From Nemertoderma westbladi (Eukaryota; Animalia; Xenacoelomorpha), in assembly GCA_032718475.1 (NCBI GenBank), contig JAUCBJ010005838.1:1-43249 (forward strand): a stretch of 43,249 nucleotides of DNA, read 5' to 3'. The translations under genes and the position numbers were made by a program. A model generated the notes under the pieces. It was given only the letters and a program-made list of their open reading frames with translations, did no database searches and was not told where the DNA came from. Shown here piece by piece: positions 21,164 through 32,903 of this stretch (the stretch's first letter is position 1; each line of letters opens with the position of its first letter).

Positions 21164-23719
21164 ATGGACCCAAATCGCCAAATTATCGGCGAATTACGTA
21201 ACACGATAGATCTACTGGAATATTCGCAACCCGGATCCCCTGACTTTGATACAAATTGGAGCATTCTGCTAAATGAGAACGTATGAGAAGTTAAATTCAC
21301 CGGGCGAGAGGGACCGGATTCTAAGAATCTACGAGCCCTCCGGTTAGCCGATGCTAGTACGAGACTGAAAAGAACTCGGAACGCAAAGGCAACCGGAGGG
21401 GACGATTCGTCGTTTTGGGAAACGTTCCGGCAGAACGTCTACAGATCCCGATGTTTGATCTACGACAACGAGGGAAACGCGACGCCCACCTCGAAAGCGA
21501 TTACGTTGGCGAGATGTCAAAGTTTCGTCGACGACAAGAGTACGTACCTAGCCCACTGGGGAAACCTGTCGGAGTGTACGGCGAAGCTTCGAGAGGAACG
21601 CGTATCGATTATCCAAAACCGCGACGACTACCAGGAAAAGTACGGGGCGAAAGAATACGGTCGATCCTTAGTCGTCGTCCTCGGAACCCTGGACGGTTTG
21701 GTACTGGTGTGCCGAATATTCCCGACACCCAGACAGGAAGTGCAGGCAGCCGGAGCGATCTGGTTGCTGCCTCCGGAAATCCAAAAGATCCTCTTCGACT
21801 TCGACGTCATTAAAATCGGGTCGGATATCAAGGCGGACGTCCGGAACGACTACGCGAACGCTCCCGCAGGAAGAAACCGACGAAACGACCTCAACGCACT
21901 TAGCCATTGCATCGACACTCAAACGCTGCTAGCCTGGTTACGATTCGCCGAGTTCATGCGAGGATTCCAAGAAGTGAGACCGACGAAATCCGGGATCGGC
22001 TACCTCGCTGTGCTCAACGGCGGTATCGACTTCAAACCCCAGAAATTCCGGGACTATAATAAAATATACGGCGGATACCCGGGATTAGAGATAAAGAGCG
22101 AGCGAGAGGGTCGATGGAAGGACGTCGATCGGAAGTGGACGATACACCAAAGGTGGGAGAATCCCGATCGACGGAGCTATATCTACGTCGTTATGGAATG
22201 CTACACCGTCGCTAAGTTTATCTGTAAAACTCTCGATAACCTTATTACGGCGGTCCCCCTTTCCTTCGTCGACTACGACTGGAACGAGGTTATAAACCAC
22301 GCGTTTAAAGCGGTCGAGAACATTACACCGGGAGAATCAAAAACGCCCGCCGTTATTGATTCCTGGGACGAGAGCGGACCTTACGACATCCCTACGATTA
22401 CCGAACTTCTCGGTGCGGAGGAGCCTCTGATCTCCTCGGAAGGGGAAGAGATATGGCTAAACGAGGGTGTTCTACTCTCCACCCCGAAGCGACAACTCGA
22501 GCCGGAGGCCGCGTACGGACCGGCCGCCAAACGGGTCGCCTCGGCCGAACCGATGAAGAGAGCAGGCGTCTACACCCCACGCGGCTCCGGTAGCCCCGCG
22601 AGAGAGGTAGCCACTACGGCTGCATTGAGCGACTTCGGCGACATATGCCAACGGTTATCCCCGTATCCTTTCCCGGGCGGCGAAGATTGGTTGTCGGAGA
22701 TTCCGAGTACCAGCCACCAACGGACCCGCTCAGCGATACTGGTCGAGGAAGGCCCCAGCGATGCGCCGACACCCGACGATCTCCTCGGTATCCCTCCGTC
22801 GAAAACCCCGGCACCTCTTCGCCGACCAGCGGTGGCTACTACACCCGCCGTTCCTCAGGACCCTATGCGACTAACCCGTTGGTACGCCGAGCAAACTGAA
22901 TGGATCCACCGCCAGAAACGGTCATCCGAGTTGAGACCAGCGGGACACAAAGAGGGTTATCGGAGCGAGAACATACTACGCAAAAGCCTAGCATTCCGCG
23001 GGCTACCGACCACCGAGAATATTCCGAAGAGCGACCGACGACTCGAATACTACGTCGGCGTCCCGATTCCGATATTCCCCGGTCGAGAAACGCAGTTGGA
23101 GGTATGCGGCGACTGCGGCTCGGAGCAGTGCCCACGCGGCAGAAGGAATCGGGTTACCGATTCTTGCCTCCAGCTCCTCGGGATACTCTATTGCCCATAC
23201 TGCGCGATATCGGGCCACGACGTTTCGGTCTGTCCGATCCTTTATAACCTCTGCACCACGTGCGGTTTCCGTGGACATTCCGCTATGGGCAATATGGTCA
23301 CGTTTGAGACATACGCAAACAGCCACTTAAAGACCAAGTTTCGGAGAAACACTCGGAATATCGCGCAGGAGATGGCGTGCGGATATTTCTCCTTCCCGGA
23401 ACGCCTCCACACGTCGGCCTCGCTACCCTTCCATTACGTGGATCTGCTACTGAGCGCCGGATTATTCGGTCCATTCGAAGTTATTAGACGATTATACTCG
23501 TATAAAGAGGAGTTCGGTGACGGAGAATGGTTCCTAGAGGCACGCAACTCCGAGTTGGAAAGACGAACCGACATGATCCCGATGCCTTCGAAAGGAAGAG
23601 CCGCCAGGAGATAAGCCGAAGCGTTACTCACAATGGATGTTGACGCTCCTCTACCAGCCATAGCGATCGATGAGAGTCGACGGGCGAAGAGACGAAAGGC
23701 GTACCAGAAAAAGAAATAA
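21164..23719 (+). CDS. Accessory ORF of element A: DEDDy-type 3'-5' exonuclease, disordered linker, CCHC zinc knuckles and basic tail; in-frame stops at 21284 and 23612
   Basis: ATG 21164 is in frame with the 719-aa ORF. ExoI-like IYDNEG. WRN/EXD-like LLPPEIQKILFDFDVIKIGSDIKADV (ExoII), CIDTQ, KSGIGYLA and WENPDRRSYIYVVMECY (ExoIII-like). CPYCAISGHDVSVC and CTTCGFRGH. Reading through 23612 adds ...RRAKRRKAYQKKK. Confidence 0.75.
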
Positions 23720-23885
23720 TGGATTGGGATATTCCAGGAACATTTATCGAACATTTATTTTTATACAAACTCTAGGCCAAATTAATTAAAAACTATGCAA
23801 TATTAAATTTGTGATTTTTTATATTGGGAATGACCTACGCAAACTCAATCGACCGACAGACTTCACGAAGGTCATTGGGGGGGAC

Positions 23886-25492
23886 TGTTCGCGGTATTTC
23901 AACTTTCCATAACGCGAGTTGAATATTTTTGTATTTATTTAAAATTGATTATTCCGATATTACTACTGGGTGCGGGACCATGGGTTTTGGGCACATTCAA
24001 TAAACTGGGGGCGATTTATGGGCGAACTTTGGGGCAACTTACAGGGTACGGGAATAATTTCATAGTTATAAGGGCCAGGGGGGATGGAAAATGCAAGCAG
24101 TATTCAGGTTAGCCTGAGTACTATTAGGCCCTGGCCAACTTCCTGCTGCCTGTAGGGGTGGATTTGGTAATGCGCCAGGCCTAAAGGACAAGGACTGCCC
24201 TTAGCGGTCCCTGGCCAACGGCAGCTACTACGAGACTGAAAAGAACTCGGAACGCTGACTGCTTGTGTCAGGGATTTGCGACGGGCACCGACGGCCCCTT
24301 AGTAGCCAAGCCGTTCTGGTTCTCGATGATCGAACCCCGGGGTTCGTGAGGGGTGGAGCGGACACGCGAACAGGTGGCCAACTAACGACTGCCCCCTGAC
24401 CTAAGCCGTACTGGTTCTCGATGACCGATCCCTTCGGGGTTCGTGAGGGGTGGGACGGACATGCGAAAGGGCTGGCCACAGGACTGGTTTGACAAGGACT
24501 GCCCTTAGCGGTCTCGGGTCAACGGCAGCTACTACGAGCCTGAAAAGAACTCGGAACGCTGACTGCTTGACTGGGATTTGCGACGGGAACCGACGACAGA
24601 CCCCTTAGCCAAGCCATTCTGGTTCTCGATGATCGTTCCCTTCGGGGTTCGTGAGGGGTGGAGCGGACACGCGACGGGGTCGAAAGACAAAGGACTAGAC
24701 TCGACTAGACTCTACCGGCCTACCGACTGTTCGGAGCAGTTTCTCGGCTGCCGAAGCGACTACGAGCCTGAAACGGACTCGGAAAGCCTAGGTGGTTGGG
24801 TTTCTGTGATGAACTGACGGACCCCTAGCCAAGCCGTTCTGGTTCTCGATGATCGAACCCTTCGGGGTTCGTGAGGGGTGGAACGGACACGCGAACGGGT
24901 CCACCGACACGACAGACTCCTAGCCAAGCCATACTGGTTCTCGATGACCGAACCCTTCGGGGTTCGAGAGGGGTGGTACGGATACGCGACAGAGTCTACC
25001 GACTGGACCGACCCTTAGCCAAGCCGTGCTGGTTCTCGATGATCGTTCCCTTCGGGGTTCGTGAGGGGTGGAACGGACACGCGACAGGGTCGACCGACAC
25101 CGACACTACGGCACTAAGACTGGGACTGAGGGAAAATCTGAGGAACATTAGGTAGGCTAAAATTCTGAGCGAACAGTGGGTTATTAAATAATATACCGTA
25201 GGGATTTATATTATCGTGTATAATTATTGTGAATATGTGGTGTATATTGATTTGGGGAAGCCCAAAATTATTCTTAATCAGGGTTCAATATTGTTGACAA
25301 GGTTCAACAGAGTTCAGTTACATTAAAGAGTATATCCAACTAATGCAGCTTTTTCTCAACCGCAACCCTGCATCTCAGAAATCATTCCTTCTCCACAATC
25401 AATATCCGGTGACTGGCCGGGGCTCGGTGGTCTGTTAAGTCACGTCTCCAGCATCGGCGTTTTTCCCCCCTGGTGTAGGAATAATGGCAACA
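23886..25492 (+). repeat. Element A 3' LTR
   Basis: Direct repeat of 11082-12688, preceded by a G-run PPT. Confidence 0.95.
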
Positions 25493-25497
25493 CATCC

Positions 25498-25822
25498 ACT
25501 AGGTACAGAGGCCAAGATACTGTAAGATTAGCCAATGTATATATTATATTGCATGCAGTGAAGTTATTCAGTTATTCCATTCATTAGTGCAGTTAGGTGA
25601 CATTTTCGTACCGTCACCATCATTACCGGTCAGTAGCATCTATATTACTTAACTTATCTTATTACCGTCACCCAGTCAACTGTGCTATTATATCTCATTG
25701 CCGTATATCAATCAACCTGTAACAGCATATCAATATCAGAACAACAAACTATTATCTTCTTTCACAACGAGCGGCGACGCGTAACGAAAACAAACCAGTC
25801 GGGATCCCCTGATCCCATCACA
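25498..25822 (+). repeat. Element B 5' LTR, right part (TATA-like ~25538, Inr-like TCAGTT 25568)
   Basis: Matches 32579-32903; 267+325 = 592 bp reconstitutes the LTR. Confidence 0.92.
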
Positions 25823-25887
25823 GTACGAAAATCTAGACAACTGCTAAAGCTGTGACTGCCAGCCACCAACAAAGAAAGCGTTAAAGG

Positions 25888-28800
25888 ATGAGCGAAGCCC
25901 AAAACCTAGAGGGAGAGACGACACCGTCGCTGACCCCGGACGATACCAACGAAACGATCCATGAGGCCACGACGCGACGGTATTGACCCGCAATGCCGGA
26001 CTCGCCGGAACGGGACGATCCGGTAGCCCAAGCGGGGGGCGGCCGTCTACCAGGATGAGGGAATGAGTCGACGCACAATGGTGATCGACGTACCGATGTC
26101 GCCGGCCAGCCACAGGCCGAGGGCGACGGACGGCCCACCAGAACGGCGACGGTGGGGCCGCCGGTACGACGCCAAACCAGGAGGGGAGGAGGAGAGGTCA
26201 GCGACGAGGATGTCGGAACCAGTGACCGGCTCTGATGAGCCTACAACGCAACAAAGAAACAACTCAAGGAGGCTAGAGAAGGAGTAAAGATAGATCAAGG
26301 GAAGTTGAGCCGGCGACTAGGTGAGTCGAATAAACACTTCAACTAACTAGTTCGCTTCGGGCAGGGAGAACTAGCCAGTTAGAGAGCGAGGGGGGTCGCC
26401 ACCGAACTATTTGAACTGTGGCGATCTGGGATAATGGAGCCACAGATAGTGTACATAGGGCTGTATTTAGTGGATGCTAGGGGAATTAAGTTAGTGGGTT
26501 GGGCAGACCCGCACGAGGGCGAATCCGAGATTAACCCCGAGGATTCGGTCTCGTCGGCTAGCGAGAACCCCAGAAAGCGGGGGAAAGTTAGTAGGACAGA
26601 GAGGCGACGGGAGTCCATCGCAACCGACAAGTCCGCTACATCCTCCGCAAAAGCAAGAAGGGTGTTAGAAATAGATCCGGCGTGTCAGTTGGATATGGTG
26701 GTGCTAGACCAGAAAGAGTTAGAGAGGCAGTTGGAAGAGGGAACTGCGTTGTTGGAAAGAGAGAGAGAACTGGCGAGAGAGAATAAAGAGAGGGCTGAGA
26801 GGGTCGCGAGAAACTTTAGAGAGTGTGAGGAGATATAAATAAGGGAAGGAAAGGAGCGAGAAGAGCGAGAGGCGAAAGAGGCGAGCGAACGTAAGGAGCG
26901 AGAGGCGAAAGAGGCGAGCGAAAGTAAGGAGCGAGAGGCGGAAGAGGCGAGCGAACGTAAAGAGCGAGGGGCGAGAGAGGAGAGTGAACGTAAAGAGCGA
27001 GAGGTGAGAGAGGAGAATGAACGCAAAGAGCGAGGGGCGAGAGAGGAGAATGAGCGTAAAGAGCGTGAGGCGAGAGGGGCAAGCGAGTGAAAAGAGCGTG
27101 AGGCGAGACGGCTTGAGAGGATTGCGAGAGAGGCGGAATTGGCCGAGCAGAGTTTGCGAGAGGATAGGGAGAGAGAGAGAACGGGAAAGCGTGTGCGGGA
27201 TGATATGCACGCCCGGTTGAGGGGGCTTATGCAATATCAGGCCAAACAGAAGCGCAGTTGGGGCTGTCAGAGAGTGAGGCTGGCTCGGGTAGTGTTTACG
27301 AGGAGCCAGAAGTTATGGAAACGTTTGTTATTACCCCACTTACAGGGACCGGACGACATACCCAAGACTGGTGTAACCGTACGGGCGGGGAGGGGGGGGG
27401 GGTAATAATAATACGTTAGAAAACGTTAATATTAATAGTACCGTAGTGGATAACCCTAATCAAACTTTCATTGCAGCAAATAACATTTTGCCCGGTAATA
27501 GTAATTTAAATCCGAATGATCCTAATTTAAATGTAGAAAATGATTCAAATAATCTAGATTCGAATATACAAAATAATTAAATTAATTTAAATTTAAATAC
27601 GCAAATAATCTAAATAATAATCTTACTTCAAACGAACAAAATAACCCCAATTCTAACCAAAATATACGAAATAATTTAAATAATAATCCGAATTCAGAGA
27701 ATAATTCTAATAATTTCAATAATTTCAATAATAATATTGATAACGGGGCTATTAATAATAACATGGAAGACACAGGTGGGCCGGCCAACCGAAGCCTGCA
27801 AGGCAACGTAGTTAGTACGCAGGGAGTAGCGGGGGTGAGTGACCCCGACGGGAGCCTGCAAGGCCACGTAGTTAGGCAGGGAGTAGCGGGGGTAAGTCAA
27901 CCCGACGGAAGCCTGACAGGCTACGCAGTTGCACAGGGAGAGGTGGGGGTGAGTAGAACCAGCCGCAGTAGAGACAGTGCGTCGACTAGAGAGGGGTGTA
28001 GAAGCGAAGTAGGAGGTAGTGAAGTTAGAAGTGGCGAGTGGGGGGGGGGGGGGGCTACGGGCGCCCCACCACGGAAGATTAGTGGCGAGAGAGGGGGAGC
28101 AGAGAATGGAGCAGAGTCAGTGGGGTCGAACTCCGGGAGATTGCCGTCGCCCTGGAGAGACACACCGCACGCCGAGAGAGGGGTACAGAATGTACCGATA
28201 CGAAGACGAGAACAGGAGAGGGGATCGAAGAGAAACTTCCCGATGGGATATAGCTGCCGATCGAGAGTACGGTAGTCGCAGGGAGATTCGAGATTCGAGA
28301 AGATTAAACTTCGGTTCGGGAAGGGCACATGCAGACTGCAGGACATGCTGTAGGACTTACTGCACATACTATTATAGGCCATGCTGGGAGAGATAGTGTG
28401 GCGATAGGGTAGCGCGAACGACGGGATTAGATCCGGGAGTCGCGGAGTACATGCCAGTAGGTAGGCAAGAAGTGGATAGGCTTATATCGGTACCAGCACA
28501 GCAGCATGACTATAATATGCAGGGACATAACATATATCCAGGGGAGGGGAGAGTTATTGCAGATAGATGTATGGGCCCCAATATATTAACATCAACCCCA
28601 GTACCAAACATACCGATGGGGGGGGGGGGGGGGGGACAGGGTGACATTCCCCCATTACATTATCAACAATACACTCAAACAGGAATAAGAACATCGAATC
28701 CCCTGGATGAGGACAGGTCGTGCGACACGGAAATATGGAGGGGGCCGCTACCCCCAATGATATATCCGAGACAGAGAGAGTCAACAGGCCCGATGGGCGG

Positions 28801-31146
28801 ACCGCACCCAACAGGAGAATCTGTACAGCATCCCTCGAACCCATTGGAAGCACAGGCAATGGGAATGGCGGCACTAATTGATGCACTAAAGACCAGGATC
28901 GAGTTACCACCAGTCGAGCCATTTAAATTCGACGGAAGTAGGCCGGAAGAATACCTGCAATTTCGGCGCATGTACAGCAATGAAATATTGACAAAGAACC
29001 TGACGCAGGCGGAGTGCCTAAAATATTTAAAGGTATATACAGGAGGCCAAGCAAGCGTACGACATCGTGAGGCAGTATCAGGGCATCGAGGGCGGCTTCA
29101 CGACTGCATGTAGGGCCCTAGACAGGGAATACGGACACCCAGCCAAGATCATCCGGCAAACCCTGAGGGGTATAACATCGGGTGGCCTACAGGATAACCT
29201 TGTCAGCATAAAGACGTTTGTGAACAAAGTCGAGAAGGCGTTAATCATGCTGAAGACGCTAGACGCGCCATACGAACTCAACGCATCTAATAACATCACC
29301 ACGATAGCGCAGGCACTGCCGATCTGGCTGCAGAGCAAGTGGAGGAAGATCGCCTTCTCCACACGGGAGAAGAAAGGTGCGGAGCCAGGGCTAGAGGAAA
29401 TGTCAAACTTCCTCAACTACGAAGCAGAGTTGATCACAGACCCAGTCTAGTGAGGATAGTTTGGGGAAGGCGCCAAAGACCGAATACAACAGGCCTAAAC
29501 CCGAACATAATCCTGCAGATCCATTCCCGAGAGTAAGACAGTTGCTACCACACGCGGCCACACAGGGGGCTACAAGCCCACAGTTAGCTGGGAGTAGGGC
29601 CACACCGTGGCAGGGACAGAAAGAAAATAACAACACAAATAAGCATAATCCCAACATACCCAGTAGGCCGAGTCCAGATAACCAAAACACTAAATCGGTA
29701 GATATAAACCTACGCGCGATACGTGAGGGACTATACAGGGAACGCTATAATCCAGGATTCGAATGTCAATTACATCAGGACGGAACCCATAAGACCATGA
29801 GTTGTAAGCACTGGCAAGCGTTGCCCAAACAAGATCATATAGCCTACACAGACGCAAACGGACTATGTCATCATTGTGTGGTAGAAGGACACAGATCCGG
29901 AGAGTGTAGAGAAACAGCAATCGGAGACGATGAGACTGGAGGCCAAACAATGGCTACAAGCACCACAGGAGTAAGGAAAAAGAGGAAAGTACTACTCGGG
30001 GTAGTACCAGTGAAGATATCAGGAAAGGGCGGTCGATCAGTAACGACATTAATGCTGGTCGACAGCGGAGCAGCCTTCACGCTGGTGGAGAATTGGGTGG
30101 CCGAAGAGATAGGGCTAAAGACGAGGCCGAATAGGATGGCGGTAACTACCGTCTCAAGTAAGGATGAGGTCCTGGAGATGAGGACGGGGCGGTGCAAGAT
30201 AGCAGCGATAGCACCGGGATGCGATTATGGGGCGACGATCGACCCCATCCACGTGATAGAATCGATAAATATCAACGCCAGGCGACCAACCAACATTGAA
30301 GTCGAACAATATAGATTCCTGGACAGTATCGATTTCTCAATACCAGAGGTGGACGTTAGGAAGGTATCCATTATAGTAGGAATGGACTGCCCGACGGCCC
30401 ACGAGAGAATGCAGACGGTCTTCGGCGAAGACAGACAGCGGGATCCGACGGCGATCCTCACGCCGTTCGGATGGACGCTTAGCGGCCCAGTTAAAACCAA
30501 GATTCCATCCAGGGTGACAGAGACATCAGGGTGCATGTTACCAGGCACCGTAGACGCAGAGGACGAAGAGAAGAAACCGGAGATGGTAGATGAGCCAGAC
30601 GGGGAAGTAACAGTAGGAGAGTGGGCGGAGGAGAATGGATTTGACGTGGAAGACTTAGAGGCAATGAGATGGAACAAGGGTCCCAGCAAGTATTGGTATG
30701 GGGATGGAGAGGAGCAGACGGCTAGATGTCCGGAGGACAACCCGGAGGAGCGGACGGCGAGATGTCCGGAGGACAACAGTCTGGGGGAGTGTCCGGAGGA
30801 GTGTTCGGAGGAGTGTCCGGAGGAGTGTCCAGAGGAGTGTCCGGAAGAGACGCCGGTCCGGTTGAAAGGCATACCGACAAGGGGGAGGTCGAGTAAGAAG
30901 ACAGGATGGAAAGGGATAGGATTACTATTGTCCGTTCTGTTTTATCTATTCTTCCGATTTCTTTTCATTCTACCGCCAGGAGACGATCAGATGAAGGGTG
31001 GCATTTTACTGCCAGGAAATGAGGAAATTAAGAAGGCGGCTGAGAGACCCGACTTTAGGGTGGCAGAAGAGGGAGAAGCAATTCCTAGAGGATTGGAATT
31101 GGCGAAGAGAGGGTGGCGAAGAATAAGAGGACGTATAGGGGGGTAG
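25888..31146 (+). pseudogene. Element B gag-protease remnant, multiple frameshifts and stops, no RT/RH/IN
   Basis: INPEDSVSS, ERE-rich coil, DUF1759-like IELPPVEPFKFDGSRPEEYLQF, WLQSKW, knuckle CHHCVVEGHRSGEC, protease MLVDSGAAFT, PTAILTPFGWTLSGP. Confidence 0.85.
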
Positions 31147-31249
31147 TGGGAGAGTGCCTACTGGAAGAAGGGGCACCTTAGAGTTTAGTCGTCCAATATT
31201 TTGGACTGAGGGGGGTGGGAATGAGGGCGAGACGCCCTTCCCATGCACA

Positions 31250-32060
31250 AAATAATTATTTAAATAAAATAATAAAAATAATTAAATAATTAAATAAGAA
31301 GAAAGTTAGGAAGTAATAGTTAGTAGAAGATAGTAAGTAGAAAGTTAGAAGTATGAAAGTTAGTAGAAGATAGTAAGAAGTTAGTAGTCAGATAGTTAGT
31401 AGTTAGAAGATAGTAAGTAGTAGTCAGAAAATTAGTTAGAAAGTTAGTATGAAGATAGAAGTCGGCGGGTATAGGGAGTGTGGTATATAGACATACCACG
31501 GGAGTAGAGGGGTACGTGGTACAGTTAGAAGTCGGCGGGTAAGGGAGTGCGGTATATTAACATGCCACGAGTAGTAGTAGAGGGGTTGTGGGCACCGTAA
31601 GCGGCACGTAGAAAGTAGTAGTAGAGTGGTTGTGGGCACCGAAAGCACCACGTAGATGGAGGTAGTAACAGAGTGGTTGTGGGCACCAAAAGCGCCACGT
31701 AGTTAGAAGTGTTGGTAGAGTTAGAGAGTTCTAGTTAGGAGTTAGAGAGTTAACAGAGTTAGGAGTTAGTTAGAGTTAGTAGAGTTAAGAGTTAGTTAAA
31801 GTTAGTAGAGTTAGAGAGCTAGTTAGAGTTAGTAGTAAGTAGTAAGTAAGTAAGTAGTAAGAGAGTTAGATAGTGAAGAAGTAAGTAAGTAGATAGAATG
31901 ATAGCACAGGGGTAACATAAGAGATTTAGCACCTTTGAATGCGAGAGAGAGTGCAGACGAGTGCGATCAAGGTGTGGGGAGAGAGCAGACTGGAGTTAGA
32001 GTGGAGCAGAGAGAGATTAAGATAGAGTTAGAGTGAGAAGTTAGAGTTTGAGTGAGAGAG
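31250..32060 (+). repeat. Strand-biased low-complexity (AGTT/AGTA/AG) tract with embedded short repeats in the 3' region of element B
   Basis: Long C-poor runs; GGTTGTGGGCACC...CACGTAG x3; GAAGTCGGCGGGTA...GGTATA x2. Confidence 0.85.
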
Positions 32061-32311
32061 CTTTTAAAAATTGTGTGAGAGAAATCCACAATTGTCTCAA
32101 ACCGAGACGCCAGATGTCTTGGTGCAACATAGGTTGCTTTTGCACCAAGAAGGGGTAGTAACATCATACCCAGAGGGAGCGGCCTGGAAAGCCGACTCCA
32201 AGTAAGAAAACTCCACCCCACACCCGATAGTAGATCGGGTTCCAGCAGAATTGAAGCGCACTCATAGAGGTTGATGCTATCTTCTCACCGGGAAGATAGC
32301 ATGGAGGGGAG

Positions 32312-32903
32312 TGTGAGCGGATTCAATTCCGCCTCACATAACCCCCATAAAGTTGGGAAGTGGCGCCTTTAAGCAATATTGGGGAGTACGAGGTTGATTA
32401 CAGACAACCTCGTATCACCCCCAATAACGGGGACAACACACAGCCCCAAAGAGCCACACAAAAGAGGTTATAGGTCAAACCTCTTGGGAGAGGGAAAGTA
32501 ACAGCAGCGGGGGGGAAGCACTCCCACAGAGGTGGAGGCGAGAAGTGGGATAACAACCAATGGGAGAGGAGAGCATCCACTAGGTACAGAGGCCAAGATA
32601 CTGTAAGATTAGCCAATGTATATATTATATTGCATGCAGTGAAGTTATTCAGTTATTCCATTCATTAGTGCAGTTAGGTGACATTTTCGTTCCGTCACCG
32701 TCATTACCGGTCAGTAGCATCTATATTACTTAACTTATCTTATTACCGTCACCCAGTCAACTGTGCTATTATATCTCATTGCCGTATATCAATCAACCTG
32801 TAACAGCATATCAATATCAGAACAACAAACTATTATCTTCTTTCACAACGAGCGGCGACGCGTAACGAAAACAAACCGGTCGGGATCCCCTGATCCCGTC
32901 ACA
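32312..32903 (+). repeat. Element B 3' LTR
   Basis: TGTGAG...GTCACA, preceded by the PPT at 32303-32311. Confidence 0.93.

Larger units (their letters stand above)
11082..25492 (+). mobile_element. BEL/Pao LTR retrotransposon A, full length (14.4 kb), with accessory exonuclease ORF
   Basis: Two 1607-bp LTRs (TGTT...AACA) with four differences found by eye. Perfect 5-bp TSD CATCC (11077-11081 / 25493-25497). G-run PPT at 23877-23884. gag-PR-RT-RH-IN order with BEL-type motifs. Confidence 0.95.
10815..32903 (+). mobile_element. BEL/Pao LTR retrotransposon B, non-autonomous (gag plus protease only)
   Basis: 592-bp LTRs, TGTGA...TCACA. Near-TSD TTCGC (10810-10814) / CTCGC (32904-32908). PPT GGAGGGGAG before the 3' LTR. 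About 14 LTR differences counted by eye. Confidence 0.9.

Noticed and set aside
21455-23614. Accessory ORF as an env gene
   Set aside because: No signal peptide, fusion peptide or TM anchor; exonuclease and zinc-knuckle motifs are present instead.
26232-26262. CTGATGAG...GAAAC hammerhead-like core
   Set aside because: No convincing stem II or flanking stems; it lies in degenerate gag coding sequence.
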